Virus record (IMG/VR): IMGVR_UViG_2061766007_000806
DNA from: an uncultured virus (IMG/VR IMGVR_UViG_2061766007_000806)
Lineage: Duplodnaviria > Heunggongvirae > Uroviricota > Caudoviricetes
Reading direction: 5' to 3' (one strand)
Length of the DNA: 56,460 nt
Part shown: positions 1 to 10,098 of the stretch, in pieces
Layout of the letters: each line of letters begins with the position of its first letter
Position numbering within the stretch: the first letter of the stretch is position 1
Position numbers and translations under genes: made by a program
Notes under the pieces: generated by a model
Database searches by the model: none
Seen by the model: only the letters and a program-made list of their open reading frames with translations
Told to the model about the DNA's origin: nothing

Positions 1-662
1 GCTAATCGTCTGAGTACAGGCATTAATCTGTTACCCACAGCGCTAGCATAGCTTCCCATGGTACGGGTATTCTCCTCACGGACATCCTTCATATGTTCTA
101 AGCCTTCAGATACACGCTGAGCTTCTTCCTCTTCCTTTGCATATGCCTGACCTAACAGGTTGATTGTCTGGGTCAGCTCATGGATGCTTGCGCCATTATC
201 TTTATAAGCCTGTGTGTCCCTACCCTGTGTATACGCTGTACCTGAATCACGCATCTTGCGCATCTCATCATATACAGAGTATTGCCTCTCGTAGAAGCTA
301 GCTAACTTACGCTCTTCCTGATTGAACACATCCGTATGTCCGAGACCACGACTTCTTAAGCCCTCGAGCTTAGCCGTAGTGGACTGAACATATCTGTCAA
401 GCACCTTGGCTTCTGCTTCAAGCTTGGCAAACTCTTGTGTAGGGAACTTAGCCTTGCCGAGTTCTTCTGTGGAGTGAACCACACTATCTAACTCTTTTGT
501 AAGAGCCGAGATATTCTTGAGCGCATTAGCTGTACCTTTATCGAGCTTGGACATGTCCACATTGCTGAGCGTAGACTGTATCTTCGCACTCAGGGCTTTG
601 GCGTCTTTTATAGCATCGTCAGTATTGATGTGCATATTGAAATTTAACTGTTCATCAGCCAT
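1..662 (-). CDS. Tape measure protein, N-terminal part (runs off window edge)
   Basis: ATG at 662 overlaps the Gp15-like stop; open helical frame MADEQLNFNMHINTDDAIKDAKALSAKIQ... to the window edge; canonical position after tail chaperones. Confidence 0.75.
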   Translation of the reverse strand, partial: MADEQLNFNMHINTDDAIKDAKALSAKIQSTLSNVDMSKLDKGTANALKNISALTKELDSVVHSTEELGKAKFPTQEFAKLEAEAKVLDRYVQSTTAKLEGLRSRGLGHTDVFNQEERKLASFYERQYSVYDEMRKMRDSGTAYTQGRDTQAYKDNGASIHELTQTINLLGQAYAKEEEEAQRVSEGLEHMKDVREENTRTMGSYASAVGNRLMPVLRRL

Positions 663-1257
663 CTTTCTTACCTCCACTACTCCAATTAGCTCTTATCTCG
701 TCGATGAAGTCCTTCTCGTCCTTAGTATAGTTATCCCTACGATTAAACAGCTCAGGGCTGTCCTTTACGAATTTCTGTTCATACTTCTCGAGCTTCTCGT
801 TCTTCATCAGCTTTCTACGGATATTTACGACCGTGGCGAGTGTACACTCTCCTATAGCCATATAATAACTCAAAAACGTCCACCAATGCAAGTACTTTTC
901 AGCTCGTATTTCCTTACCAGCTACTTTATTAACCGCTGATATAATCATTAATGCGTCTTTGTCCCAATCAATTACCTTACCTTCAGCTTTAGCCCCGACA
1001 TTTTCCTGATTACAGTTAAAAAATAAGAACATTTGCTTGACGGCTTCTTCTATGTCACCAAGCTTATCTAATTCTTCCAAGCTTGATATATCTGCATAAA
1101 AAGTCATAAGACAAGCAAATATTCTTTCAATGTCACTAAGTTCTTCATCCTGTAATAGTCTAAAACAGTCTAGCACCATACGGAAGTCTCCGTCCCTCCG
1201 TATGGCAAAGACTGTATCATTGAGTATCACAGAAGAGGGTAACTCATACTCAAGCAT
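655..1257 (-). CDS. Gp15-family (A118-like) tail assembly protein
   Basis: LPSSV..DFR..L, IDWDKDA..IISA, YLHWWTF motifs typical of the Gp15 family; immediately before tape measure. Confidence 0.8.
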   Translation of the reverse strand: MLEYELPSSVILNDTVFAIRRDGDFRMVLDCFRLLQDEELSDIERIFACLMTFYADISSLEELDKLGDIEEAVKQMFLFFNCNQENVGAKAEGKVIDWDKDALMIISAVNKVAGKEIRAEKYLHWWTFLSYYMAIGECTLATVVNIRRKLMKNEKLEKYEQKFVKDSPELFNRRDNYTKDEKDFIDEIRANWSSGGKKDG

Positions 1258-1259
1258 AG

Positions 1260-1775
1260 TTATTTCTTCCCATTCTTTACATAATCAGGGAGCTTGCTGC
1301 TCAGACGGGACTTCATCTTATAGAACTCAGCATTAAGGTTGTTCTCGTAAAGTTTTGCAAGTGCTGTAATCACATACTCAAAACGGAGCTGTCCTTCAAA
1401 GACATCAAACAAATAGCCGTCAGGAGCACAGTTATCTGAAACAGGGGCATCAAATATAGTGTCTAGTATACTACGCATTTCAGCGTCAGTATCACGCATG
1501 GCATCTGTCAGTGCATGATTGAGTACCTCTGTTGTGTTTTCATCTTTATTAGCACCATCAGCACCCTCAGATTCGGCAACTTCCGAAAGTCTAGCTCTCA
1601 TAGTACTAAACAGCCCATAGAGCTTCTTAATACCATCATTAAGCCTTCCGTAGATACCTAAATCTGAGGTGTTGATGTAAAATACACGGTTCTCATCCTT
1701 ATCAACAACTACCTTCTTTTTCTTGGTAGCTGATAAATCAAGATTCAAAACCTGTTCCTGAGTTGTGTTCTCCAT
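1260..1775 (-). CDS. Tail assembly chaperone
   Basis: 171 aa helical protein between major tail and Gp15-like genes; GGAGG RBS. Confidence 0.6.
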   Translation of the reverse strand: MENTTQEQVLNLDLSATKKKKVVVDKDENRVFYINTSDLGIYGRLNDGIKKLYGLFSTMRARLSEVAESEGADGANKDENTTEVLNHALTDAMRDTDAEMRSILDTIFDAPVSDNCAPDGYLFDVFEGQLRFEYVITALAKLYENNLNAEFYKMKSRLSSKLPDYVKNGKK

Positions 1776-1830
1776 AATATTTTCCTCCTGTGATATTATT
1801 GACAGCCCGTTTACGGAGTGGGCTTAGGTG

Positions 1831-2070
1831 TCAGGTTGTGGTAGTTCCATCAGGCGTAAATGCAAAGTCCTCAGTAAGCTTATCAACCTTACCTGTGGTA
1901 ATCTTGTTACTGAAGTAAACTGTAATAGGCATATCAGTATGAGTGTCGCCACCAATGCTGTTATATGCGATAGTACAGTCGGTATGCTTCTCAGCCTCGT
2001 AACCTGAAGTGCTGTTGCCCTTGAAGGCTGTGATGAGATAAAGAGTGAAGTTTCCTAACTCGGAAAGAGC
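1831..2070 (-). CDS. Major tail protein, C-terminal part
   Basis: Manual translation ALSELGNFTLYLITAF...SIGGDTHTDMPITVYFSNKITTGKV...FTPDGTTTT*; continues the 2675-2956 fragment across misplaced contigs. Confidence 0.7.
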   Translation of the reverse strand, partial: ALSELGNFTLYLITAFKGNSTSGYEAEKHTDCTIAYNSIGGDTHTDMPITVYFSNKITTGKVDKLTEDFAFTPDGTTTT

Positions 2071-2081
2071 NNNNNNNNNNT

Positions 2082-2426
2082 GCTTTCAAGAAGAAGGATA
2101 AGAGCCTCGAAGGACAGACTAAGAAGGTCGGGCTTGAGAAAGTAGCTGTCAGTCTGTTAGCTGGCGTTCTTGGAGCATTAGGAATACAGGCACTTACCAC
2201 TAGTGATGAATTAGGCGTATTGACTAACGAAGGCGTTGGCTCAGCTATAACAGCGTTTGAAAACCTTGGAGATAAGGTAAGAGATGCTAATAAGGCATTA
2301 GGTGAAGATACTGAAGGTGCTACGGAGAGAGCAAAATTAGCTTTCGATAATTTATCACTGAAGCTACCTAGCGTGGATGTATCTAGCCTGAACGTGTTTG
2401 AGCAGTATGCGTACTCTGTACTTCAG
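2082..2426 (+). CDS. Misplaced contig, probable internal tape-measure fragment
   Basis: Open frame between N-gaps, Ala/Gly/Leu-rich helical sequence, opposite strand to neighbours. Confidence 0.35.
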
Positions 2427-2674
2427 NNNNNNNNNNNNNNNNNNNNNNNNNNNNNNNNNNNNNNNNNNNNNNNNNNNNNNNNNNNNNNNNNNNNNNNNNN
2501 NNNNNNNNNNNNNNNNNNNNNNNNNNNNNNNNNNNNNNNNNNNNNNNNNNNNNNNNNGCGTCTCCTTGGTCACGTAACATGGCTTTATCCCACATTGCTG
2601 TGGCTAAAGGATGATGTTCGGGATTGTGAGCTATGCCGACGCCGTAATATACCTTGCTCGCATANNNNNNNNNN

Positions 2675-2956
2675 ATTCTTACGTCTCTTCTCATTCAGGT
2701 ACTCAGCAAGAGCATCGCCTCCCATGATGGTGTAGGGCTCAAATGCCTGCTGAGGCTGTGACTTATTAACGTCAGTATAGTTATGACCTCTGATGTCGGT
2801 CATGGTAGAGATGTCAAGGTTGTAATCAACCTGAGAACTCTCAATACGGTCTCCGAGAATCTGTCTCTTCTGCTGATTGCTTGAGTCTGTCCACTCGACA
2901 ACAGTAATGAGAAGTTTACGCTCGGCTCTCTGACCTGTTTCAAGATTGAATGCCAT
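2675..2956 (-). CDS. Major tail protein, N-terminal part
   Basis: MAFNLETGQRAERKLLIT...ILGDRIESSQVDYN...DIRG; AGGAGG RBS; truncated by gap. Confidence 0.7.
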
Positions 2957-2971
2957 TGTGTTATCCTCCTA

Positions 2972-3511
2972 TTAGGTTATAGCTTTGGTGTAATCTATAT
3001 AATCCACTTGGATTGTGAAACTGTATTTGGCAAGTGCTGGCTTAATCTGAGTATCCACGCCGTTAAGAACGGGATTATCAGTAAGCACTTTCATGGAATC
3101 CACTATGCACTTATCGCCGAAATCAGGAAACTGTCGGTTGTCAGCCTGTTCCTCTATCCAATCGATTATCCCTTGGACGTCGATAAACTCTTCCACGTTT
3201 TCATTGTTGATAGGCTGTGAGGATATACCTGTATTATTATTTGTTGTTGTGGTTGTTGATTGCGTGGTCGTAGTTACGACTTCCTTGGGAATCGGTTGAT
3301 AGGTCGCTGACCTAAAATCTATCAATGTAAACGTATAACGCTTAAGCACACTGCCGTTTATGAACGGTCTATGCGTCCGTGCTTCGTTGCCAACGGTCAC
3401 GAACTGTTTATTATCGGGCTTGGCATTGATAAAATTAAAGAACAGTGGGTTATCTCGGATTTGGGGGCATTGACATATGAAGTTAATCATAGCTTCTTCT
3501 TTACTTGCCAT
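2972..3511 (-). CDS. Putative tail terminator / neck protein
   Basis: Start MASKEEAMINFI at 3511; C-terminal AKYSFTIQVDY strand; position before major tail gene. Confidence 0.6.
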   Translation of the reverse strand: MASKEEAMINFICQCPQIRDNPLFFNFINAKPDNKQFVTVGNEARTHRPFINGSVLKRYTFTLIDFRSATYQPIPKEVVTTTTQSTTTTTNNNTGISSQPINNENVEEFIDVQGIIDWIEEQADNRQFPDFGDKCIVDSMKVLTDNPVLNGVDTQIKPALAKYSFTIQVDYIDYTKAIT

Positions 3512-3866
3512 ACAACTCGCCAAACCTCCTCTCGATAATCTCCTTACACTCCTGTGCGAATACGTCTCCTTGGTCACGCAACATGGCTTTATCCCACATT
3601 GCTGTGGCTAAAGGATGGTGTTCGGGATTGTGAGCTATGCCGACGCCGTAATATACCTTGCTCGCATACGGAACAGTGTAATGAACGCCATCGGGTGTCA
3701 CGTTGTTCAGACCTGACTGAGACAATGCGCCTGTCTGATACGGAACATACGGGTCGCATCTCTTTGCAAGAGCTTCGTGTAATCTCAGCATTGTAGTATC
3801 GTCAATCACATTGGAAATGACGTCGCCCAAGTCGAGATTCGTATGTCCGTTTACAACTAGCTTCAT
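3501..3866 (-). CDS. Minor_capsid_2-like tail-completion protein
   Basis: CDPYVPYQTGALSQS...YTVPYASKVYYG...WDKAM motifs of the A118-like neck protein. Confidence 0.75.
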   Translation of the reverse strand: MKLVVNGHTNLDLGDVISNVIDDTTMLRLHEALAKRCDPYVPYQTGALSQSGLNNVTPDGVHYTVPYASKVYYGVGIAHNPEHHPLATAMWDKAMLRDQGDVFAQECKEIIERRFGELYGK

Positions 3867-3870
3867 AGTA

Positions 3871-4000
3871 TCAAATCCCCTGTGCTAGATAGTGAGGGAG
3901 ACCTCTTCCTGCTCCCGTGTTATTGGAAGCCTTCTGTATCTCCAAGCACCCCTGTAACTCTTTATATTTAGCAATCAGGTCGGTTGACCTGTGCCCTTTG
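3871..4000 (-). CDS. Head-closure protein, C-terminal part
   Basis: Manual translation KGHRSTDLIAKYKELQGCLEIQKASNNTGAGRGLPHYLAQGI*; completes 5675-5983. Confidence 0.6.
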
Positions 4001-4086
4001 NNNNNNNNNNAGATTTGGCGCTCGGGCTTATGATGAACGGATACTCAGCTTATCCTGTATGTGCGCCTATTGACGGNNNNNNNNNN

Positions 4087-4534
4087 CTGAACTCCTTAGG
4101 GTCTGTATACATCTTCTGACCAACTGCGTGCATTGCTACGTGACCAAGCTCATGGTTGTCGATGTCCCTCCATGTTGTACCTGCAGGATGGAAACCACTN
4201 NNNNNNNNNNNNNNNNNNNNNNNNNNNNNNNNNNNNNNNNNNNNNNNNNNNNNNNNNNNNNNNNNNNNNNNNNNNNNNNNNNNNNNNNNTTATTGTCGGT
4301 GTAGTCCTCGATGCCCTTCAGTCCTCCCATCCACTCGGGATACTGCTTCTTAAAATCACGGATGGTGTTAAAGACCTCCTTAAGGGTCTCGCCATCAGTG
4401 CTCATGATTATCTTTCTCGGAACGCTTATACCTGTATCAAGCTCAAACTGTCTTGTAAGTTCTACGTTCTGACTTGTATCTGACGGAAGAAGCGCAACGC
4501 CTCCACCACTTACTTCTGTACCGACACTTCCCAT
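4087..4534 (-). CDS. HEXXH metallopeptidase effector, N-terminal part (allelic copy of 14793-15510)
   Basis: MGSVGTEVSGGG...VPRKIIMSTDGETLKEVF matches the 15510 fragment; misplaced contig. Confidence 0.65.
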
Positions 4535-4606
4535 CGTATATTTCCTCCTTTATGGTATAAGATGCCTATATTACAAATAATAGTATATGCGATTATCATT
4601 TATTTT

Positions 4607-5260
4607 TCAAGTACTTTTCAAAATTTTACGCTCAAGTTCTTCCACAACATCGTAATCTTTCCAATATTGCGCCCGTACCTGTTCCTCTCGGGGCTTTTCA
4701 CCTGTTCCACCACCGACTAAATAATCTACGTGGTCTACTAAATTCGGAGCTATGTTCATGGCATGTACGTATGTATAGAACTCCTTCAGGTATGCCCTGA
4801 ACGCCCAATCATCATTCTTGCCGTTAGCCCAAAAATCTCTGTATATCGGGTTTCCTATGATATACTTGTTCACCCAATCAGCACAGTCCCTTGCGTATTC
4901 GTTTGGTATCCTGATACAAGGAAACGAAAACCACATATCCTTACGGTCAACTAAGCCTATCTTCCCTTCGCCGTCATACATCTTGCTACTGAATCCACAA
5001 ATCAGTCCGAAATCGACAGCTTCAGTGATGGTTCTGAAGTCCTTACAGATGCACACATCGTCCTGTAGATGCCATGTTCCACCACTTCCCTCACAGCTTG
5101 CAAAGGCATTCATGCAAGCTCTAAGATTGCCCTCGTGCTTCTCATCATTGTACACCCGAATGTCTCCCTCACGGATTCCCTGAGCCAGCATTGACGGGAT
5201 AAGATAGCCTTCCACGTACCACATACGTCTAGGCACGGCATGTATTAAATATTTAGCCAT
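4607..5260 (-). CDS. Putative GT-A fold glycosyltransferase
   Basis: WHLQDDVCIC DxD-like motif and PNLVDH motif; third gene of a glycosyltransferase trio. Confidence 0.55.
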   Translation of the reverse strand: MAKYLIHAVPRRMWYVEGYLIPSMLAQGIREGDIRVYNDEKHEGNLRACMNAFASCEGSGGTWHLQDDVCICKDFRTITEAVDFGLICGFSSKMYDGEGKIGLVDRKDMWFSFPCIRIPNEYARDCADWVNKYIIGNPIYRDFWANGKNDDWAFRAYLKEFYTYVHAMNIAPNLVDHVDYLVGGGTGEKPREEQVRAQYWKDYDVVEELERKILKST

Positions 5261-5262
5261 AA

Positions 5263-5664
5263 TTACTCCTTGTGCTTACGCTGATACTCAAGCTCGGTCT
5301 GACTTCCCTTGCGCATATAGTTGTAGTAGTACATCGGCATGTCCCAATCCATAAGCCTCGGATGCTTATCCATTGCCATCCTATTAAAGGTCACGTCGGA
5401 CGATAACGGCTCTCCTGAGAACTTACAGTCCTGTATAAATGACCGACGCCAACACTTATTCCAACATGCTATCCAATGGTCTCCTCTGTTGCCGAGAGGG
5501 TCAGCGTACTTCCATCCTTTGAATATGAAGCTGAAGCACAAAACATCCAAGCAAGGGAACTCTTTAAGCTTTTGGTCGAGCTGCTCCAAAACGTATTCGT
5601 GCAACCACCAGTCATCGTCATCCATGAACAGAACCCAATCGCCTTTTGCCTTAGCAAGACCTCT
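5263..5664 (-). CDS. Family 2 glycosyltransferase, C-terminal part (allelic copy)
   Basis: RGLAKAKGDWVLFMDDDDW...CWNKCWRRSFI...YYYNY GT2 motifs. Confidence 0.75.
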   Translation of the reverse strand, partial: RGLAKAKGDWVLFMDDDDWWLHEYVLEQLDQKLKEFPCLDVLCFSFIFKGWKYADPLGNRGDHWIACWNKCWRRSFIQDCKFSGEPLSSDVTFNRMAMDKHPRLMDWDMPMYYYNYMRKGSQTELEYQRKHKE

Positions 5665-5674
5665 NNNNNNNNNN

Positions 5675-5983
5675 ATCGACTTCATCTGCAACTTTGCCTT
5701 TGACTATGATGTCGCCCTGTCCCAAGGTAAAGAATCGAGCTTTGTCCTCGGAAGGAAGGTCAATCCATAAGTACTTATCCTTATAGTTTGCATCCTCACG
5801 GATACGGCATATAATCTTGTTAGATTCAAGAATAGTATCGCCAATGGTAACTTTATCGTTGACGTCTTTCCAAAAGGCATTATCCACAACTGACCTGTAC
5901 CATGTCACTGTTTGTGTGGTCGGGTCTGTATATTTGTTATAAATGGTCACTGATGTGTCCCACCAAACAGGATAATTACTCAT
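5675..5983 (-). CDS. Head-closure protein (DUF6751-like), N-terminal part
   Basis: VTIYNKY...WYRSV...FTL..GDIIVKG; follows the adaptor gene. Confidence 0.6.
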
Positions 5984-6416
5984 TCGGATACACTCCTCTG
6001 TACAATACTTTTCTTCCCAAACTGTCTACCACGTTGGCAAGATACTGATTAATAGTCGATTGAATTTGGGTCTTTGTGTTATCCACAATACCCTGTGCGC
6101 TTAATCTGTTATAGCTGATAGATACACCGTCGTTTGATTGGCTTGCGATAGTTCCACTACTATCTGCATTGGACGAAGTAGCAGGGGTCTCAACGCCACT
6201 AACTCCGTCCCGTGCCTGTAATAGTTGTATCAGCTTGTACATACATCTCTTCAGCTCATCAGGCTGCTCTTCTACGGGCATCTTCTTAAGCCGACTAAAT
6301 GTATACCAATCAACTTGTGTAGCTGCCTCGAACTCTAAATCATTAAAGGTGGTTTCATCTAATGCTCCACCCATAGCTAAATACTCAGCGAAAGTCAGAT
6401 ACATCGAATCCACCAC
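5976..6416 (-). CDS. Head-tail adaptor protein
   Basis: YLTFAEY..MGG, ASQSNDGVSISY, LYRGV motifs of A118 gp8/SPP1 gp15-like adaptors. Confidence 0.8.
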   Translation of the reverse strand: MVDSMYLTFAEYLAMGGALDETTFNDLEFEAATQVDWYTFSRLKKMPVEEQPDELKRCMYKLIQLLQARDGVSGVETPATSSNADSSGTIASQSNDGVSISYNRLSAQGIVDNTKTQIQSTINQYLANVVDSLGRKVLYRGVYPNE

Positions 6417-6425
6417 CTCTCATAA

Positions 6426-6779
6426 TTACTCTTCAGTTTTTGCCTCGCTCTTCTTGGACTTTGCCTTAGAAGCTACGGCTGATTGTGAACTCGCCTTTAC
6501 GGACGAAGCCTTAGCCTCATCAAGCTCTTTCTCAAGACTAGCAATGGTGGCTCTGAGTGAGTCGTTCTCGGCTTTAAGTGACTGATTGTCAATCTTAAGA
6601 GCCTTGATAGTCTCAGCATTCTGTCTGTAAGCAAGCTTCAAGGTAGCTAAGTCGGTAGGAACTGTTTCCTGAATGACCTGTCCACGCTCATTTACAATAC
6701 GGTAGCCCTGTTGTACACAGGCTTCAATCTGAGACTCGTTAATCTCTTTTACCTTATTTCCTTTTTCAGCTAAAAGCAT
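6426..6779 (-). CDS. Hypothetical coiled-coil protein after capsid
   Basis: 117 aa ORF with RBS and heptad-like C-terminal half. Confidence 0.6.
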   Translation of the reverse strand: MLLAEKGNKVKEINESQIEACVQQGYRIVNERGQVIQETVPTDLATLKLAYRQNAETIKALKIDNQSLKAENDSLRATIASLEKELDEAKASSVKASSQSAVASKAKSKKSEAKTEE

Positions 6780-6804
6780 AGTGTGTCGCTCTCCTTATTA
6801 TTTA

Positions 6805-7722
6805 TCAGCCGGTAGTGGTTGTTGAGCCGTTATCGGTGATATTGAACTGAATAGCTCCTGCCTTGTTGTTAAGGATGAATACGTCCTCGAATGATTCCTC
6901 GAAGTAGATGTACTTGCCTTCAGAACCTGCTGCGGGCTCATCTAACTTAGAGAATGTATAGCTTACAGGAGTGATAACTGCTGTCGGATGGATAAGCATC
7001 ATGTTGATTTGGTCAGCGCTAAGAGCGGGTCTCCAACCCTGAGTAAAGTTGTACTTTGTTTTCATCAGGGGTGCTGCAACGCCGATAACTTCAACCTCAT
7101 CAAGTCTGTCAACAACTCTGTTGATGTTAGCGTTTCTATCCTCAGCATTGAGGTTACGAACAACTGTCTGAGCTGCCTTCAGGATGTACTTAACTTCATT
7201 TGTACAATAAAGGATACGACCCTGTACAGGAACTCTAGCGTTGTCCATGTTAAGCATAAGCCTATCGAATATCTCAAGGACATTTGCTGTGGTGATAACT
7301 GTGTCGTCAGGAGTGTTGCCAAGAGCAACCCAATCACTGTAAATCTTGGATACACAGTAAGCATCCATCTCAGGGAACTTCTGTTCCTCGTTGAATACCT
7401 TTGTGATATTCGAGATTGTAGTAACGAGATTGGTCTGGTCGATGTCCATAGGATGAACAAGTGTTGACCACTTTCTCTGATTGGAGAGGGTCTTTGTCTC
7501 CCACTGATTGTCGTAGTTTCTCTGTGCTACGGCGATAGTGTCACGGTCGGAATCAACACGACCTGTGGTGCTGATGCTAGGAATTTCGATTGTCTTAGCA
7601 TTAATCCAACGATAGATGTTGTTGTTGGGTGTGTTATAGAGAGCACCGAAGTTGAGGACATAAGGAAATGCCTGTGAAAGTGCTCTACTATATTGTGTTG
7701 CATAGTTTAATGCGTTGGGCAT
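6805..7722 (-). CDS. Major capsid protein
   Basis: 305 aa; NYATQYSRALSQ, IEIPSISTTGRVD, EEQKFPEMDAY, QINMMLIHP motifs; follows scaffold. Confidence 0.9.
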   Translation of the reverse strand: MPNALNYATQYSRALSQAFPYVLNFGALYNTPNNNIYRWINAKTIEIPSISTTGRVDSDRDTIAVAQRNYDNQWETKTLSNQRKWSTLVHPMDIDQTNLVTTISNITKVFNEEQKFPEMDAYCVSKIYSDWVALGNTPDDTVITTANVLEIFDRLMLNMDNARVPVQGRILYCTNEVKYILKAAQTVVRNLNAEDRNANINRVVDRLDEVEVIGVAAPLMKTKYNFTQGWRPALSADQINMMLIHPTAVITPVSYTFSKLDEPAAGSEGKYIYFEESFEDVFILNNKAGAIQFNITDNGSTTTTG

Positions 7723-7749
7723 AGCTTTAATCTCCTTTTTGATTATTTT

Positions 7750-8797
7750 TTAATGCGCCCTTACACCTGTGAAATTGAATTGGAATCCTCCATCGGGACT
7801 ACCTGCATCGGGTCCAGGTGTAGGTGCAACAAATTCAGGTACAACCACCTTCGGCTGTTCGGGCTGTTGGGGCTGTGGAGCGGGTTCAGGAGCTTTCTCA
7901 ACGACTAACGCATCAGGATTTTCAGCGAAGTACTTCTCAGCAAAGTCGTCTCTGCCAAGAATCTTGCCATCCTCCATCTCAAGCTTACGGGAAATCATTG
8001 ACTGTGTGAAGTCACGTCTCGCTGCCTGTGAAGAGAAGTTCTTTGTCTGTGCGTATTCTTTTACGGCAAACTCATAAGCCTGTGCCTTGAGCTGATTCTG
8101 ATATGCCTGTACATCGGCATCATACTTTTGCTGTAAGCCTGTCATCTGTGCATTCAGCTCTGTGAGCTTCTGTGCGTCCTGTCCAGCTTCACTAAGTTGC
8201 TTTTGGAGATTAGCAAGGTCTGTATCNNNNNNNNNNCAACGCATCGGGATTTTCAGCGAAGTACTTCTCAGCAAAGTCGTCTCTACCAAGAATCTTGCCA
8301 TCTTCCATCTCAAGCTTACGGGAAATCATTGACTGTGTGAAGTCACGTCTCGCTGCCTGTGAAGAGAAGTTCTTTGTCTGTGCGTATTCCTTTACAGCAA
8401 ACTCGTAAGCCTGTGCCTTGAGCTGATTCTGATATGCCTGTACGTCGGCATCATACTTTTGCTGTAAGCCTGTCATCTGTGCACTCAGCTCTGTAAGCTT
8501 CTGTGCATCCTGTCCAGCTTCACTAAGTTGCTTTTGGAGATTAGCAAGGTCTGTATCACGAGTAGCAATAGTCTCATTCAGCTTGGTGATTTGACCATCT
8601 CTTCCTGTAATCTCAGCTACCTTTGCTTCAATCTCTCCGTCTTTTGCTTTGAGGTCGGCATCATACTTGGACTTACTAACATATTTGCCATCTGAAAGGT
8701 CGGCGAATTTTCCACCACCAGCCTTAACTGCGGCTTCAAACTGTTCGTAGTTCAGTGTGCCGTTCTCGGAAGCGTCGAAAATGTCTTTGATGTTCAT
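7750..8797 (-). CDS. Capsid scaffolding protein (Phage_GP20-like); internal segment duplicated across a gap
   Basis: YVSKSKYD...TIATRDTDL..L motif, coiled coil, Pro-rich tail ending FQFNFTGVR; two allelic copies around gap 8227-8236. Confidence 0.85.
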
Positions 8798-8799
8798 TC

Positions 8800-8985
8800 T
8801 CTTTGTTCTCCTTCTGACAATCATTTATATCTGTTATTTGTACATGCGGTTTACAGTTTCCGCTTGATTGTGCTCTGTTTAATCGTCCACAGCTCGACAG
8901 CGTGTTAAGCTCTTTTTAAAAGGTGGGGTATGCCCCCACCATTATGGAGAGCAAAAGTAGACATTCCATCCACTTCCACGCAATT
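8800..8985 (-). ncRNA. Structured 5' leader of the scaffold-capsid operon (candidate GP20-type cis-regulatory RNA)
   Basis: ~190 nt non-coding leader with hairpins GGTGGGG-GCATA-CCCCACC and GCGG-AAACTGTAAA-CCGC. Confidence 0.4.
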
Positions 8986-8987
8986 TA

Positions 8988-9016
8988 AGTATAACATACT
9001 TAAACATAGTTGTAAA
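8988..9016 (-). promoter_or_regulatory. Promoter of scaffold/capsid operon
   Basis: TTTACA-17-TATACT with extended TG; same form as 27856-27884. Confidence 0.6.
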
Positions 9017-9059
9017 TATATAATTTAAAATTGTTAATAAAAATTTTATAATTTAGTAC

Positions 9060-9088
9060 TTGACAGAGTCAAAAACATAGTGTATAAT
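9060..9088 (+). promoter_or_regulatory. Consensus sigma-A promoter of + strand early cassette
   Basis: TTGACA-17-TATAAT. Confidence 0.85.
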
Positions 9089-9139
9089 GATTACACAATC
9101 AAACAAAACCTCACGAACCTCACGAAAGGAGAAAACACT

Positions 9140-9301
9140 ATGAAACCTACTTATTACACAATCGAATGTATTGATATGAGATGCAAGGAAGGCAAGAACA
9201 CTTGGAAGGTAAGAGCTGATGAGTTAGCAAGATACATCAAGTGCTTACAGGATGAGGAGTGCCTTATAGTTGAAGTTAAATTAGTACAGGAGGACAAATA
9301 A
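9140..9301 (+). CDS. Small hypothetical early protein
   Basis: AAAGGAG RBS; MKPTYYTIECID... Confidence 0.65.
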   Translation: MKPTYYTIECIDMRCKEGKNTWKVRADELARYIKCLQDEECLIVEVKLVQEDK

Positions 9302-9302
9302 T

Positions 9303-9920
9303 ATGAACGAAGTAAACCTGACAGTGCATGTACTCTTTAGAAGTAGCAAGAAAACAGGTAAGGTCGATACCACTATGATAGGTCTCGGCAAGGCGATGCT
9401 TGAGCTTTGGGCTTTACAGAATACACCTAGCAACAAAAACACGATGGTATTTGAACGTGAATCGGGTAGATTAGTATTCAAGGCTGTCGGAGACATTAGT
9501 GGCTTCCCTAAGATATTCAAAGACCGACGGAATGACTTCTTATCGGAGACCTGTAATGATTATGGTATCCCTCTTGAGACACTTCACNNNNNNNNNNCTG
9601 AGAATACAAATTTAACAGTACATGTACTCTTCAGGAGTAGCAAGAAAACAGGTAAGGTCGATACCACTATGATAGGTCTCGGTAAGGCGATGCTTGAGCT
9701 TTGGGCTTTACAGAATACACCTAACAGCAAAAACACGATGGTATTTGAGCGTGAATCGGGTAGATTAGTATTCAAGGCTGTCGGAGACATCAGTGGCTTC
9801 CCTAAGGTATTCAGAGACCGACGGAATGACCTCTTATCGGAGACCTGTAATGATTATGGTATCCCTCTTGAGACACTTCACAGCATCAAAGATGACCGAT
9901 TTGATAAAAAGGAGGGCTGA
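9303..9920 (+). CDS. Hypothetical protein (~107 aa; appears doubled by two allelic contigs)
   Basis: Two near-identical copies either side of gap 9588-9597. Confidence 0.65.
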   Translation: MNEVNLTVHVLFRSSKKTGKVDTTMIGLGKAMLELWALQNTPSNKNTMVFERESGRLVFKAVGDISGFPKIFKDRRNDFLSETCNDYGIPLETLHXXXXENTNLTVHVLFRSSKKTGKVDTTMIGLGKAMLELWALQNTPNSKNTMVFERESGRLVFKAVGDISGFPKVFRDRRNDLLSETCNDYGIPLETLHSIKDDRFDKKEG

Positions 9921-9922
9921 TT

Positions 9923-10096
9923 ATGAAATGTGCATTTTGTGGTAAACGAATCACTAACAAGCGCCCTATTCACTTCTATATGGGAGACCGTGCTAAAAAT
10001 ATCGAGGCATCCGTTGGATTTGTTACGATATGTCCTGAGTGCTGTGATAAAATTAGAGACGCTCTTGACAACATCAGGGACGGGGAGGAGGACTGA
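9923..10096 (+). CDS. Small Cys4 zinc-finger protein
   Basis: Manual translation MKCAFCGKR...ICPECCDKI; GGAGG RBS. Confidence 0.65.
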   Translation: MKCAFCGKRITNKRPIHFYMGDRAKNIEASVGFVTICPECCDKIRDALDNIRDGEED

Positions 10097-10098
10097 CT

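Noticed and set aside
1255..1290. Tail chaperone -1 frameshift site
   Set aside because: No canonical XXXYYYZ heptamer near the end of 1260-1775, and the next gene has its own ATG
2081..5674. Apparent second copies of GT, peptidase and neck genes inside the tail module
   Set aside because: Near-identical to loci at 14.8-17 kb and 3.5 kb and bounded by N-gaps; misplaced allelic contigs, not real duplications
7750..9920. Tandem internal repeats in the scaffold and 9303 genes; possible DGR template/variable pairs
   Set aside because: Copies straddle 10-N gaps, differences are mostly synonymous and not adenine-specific, and no reverse transcriptase is present
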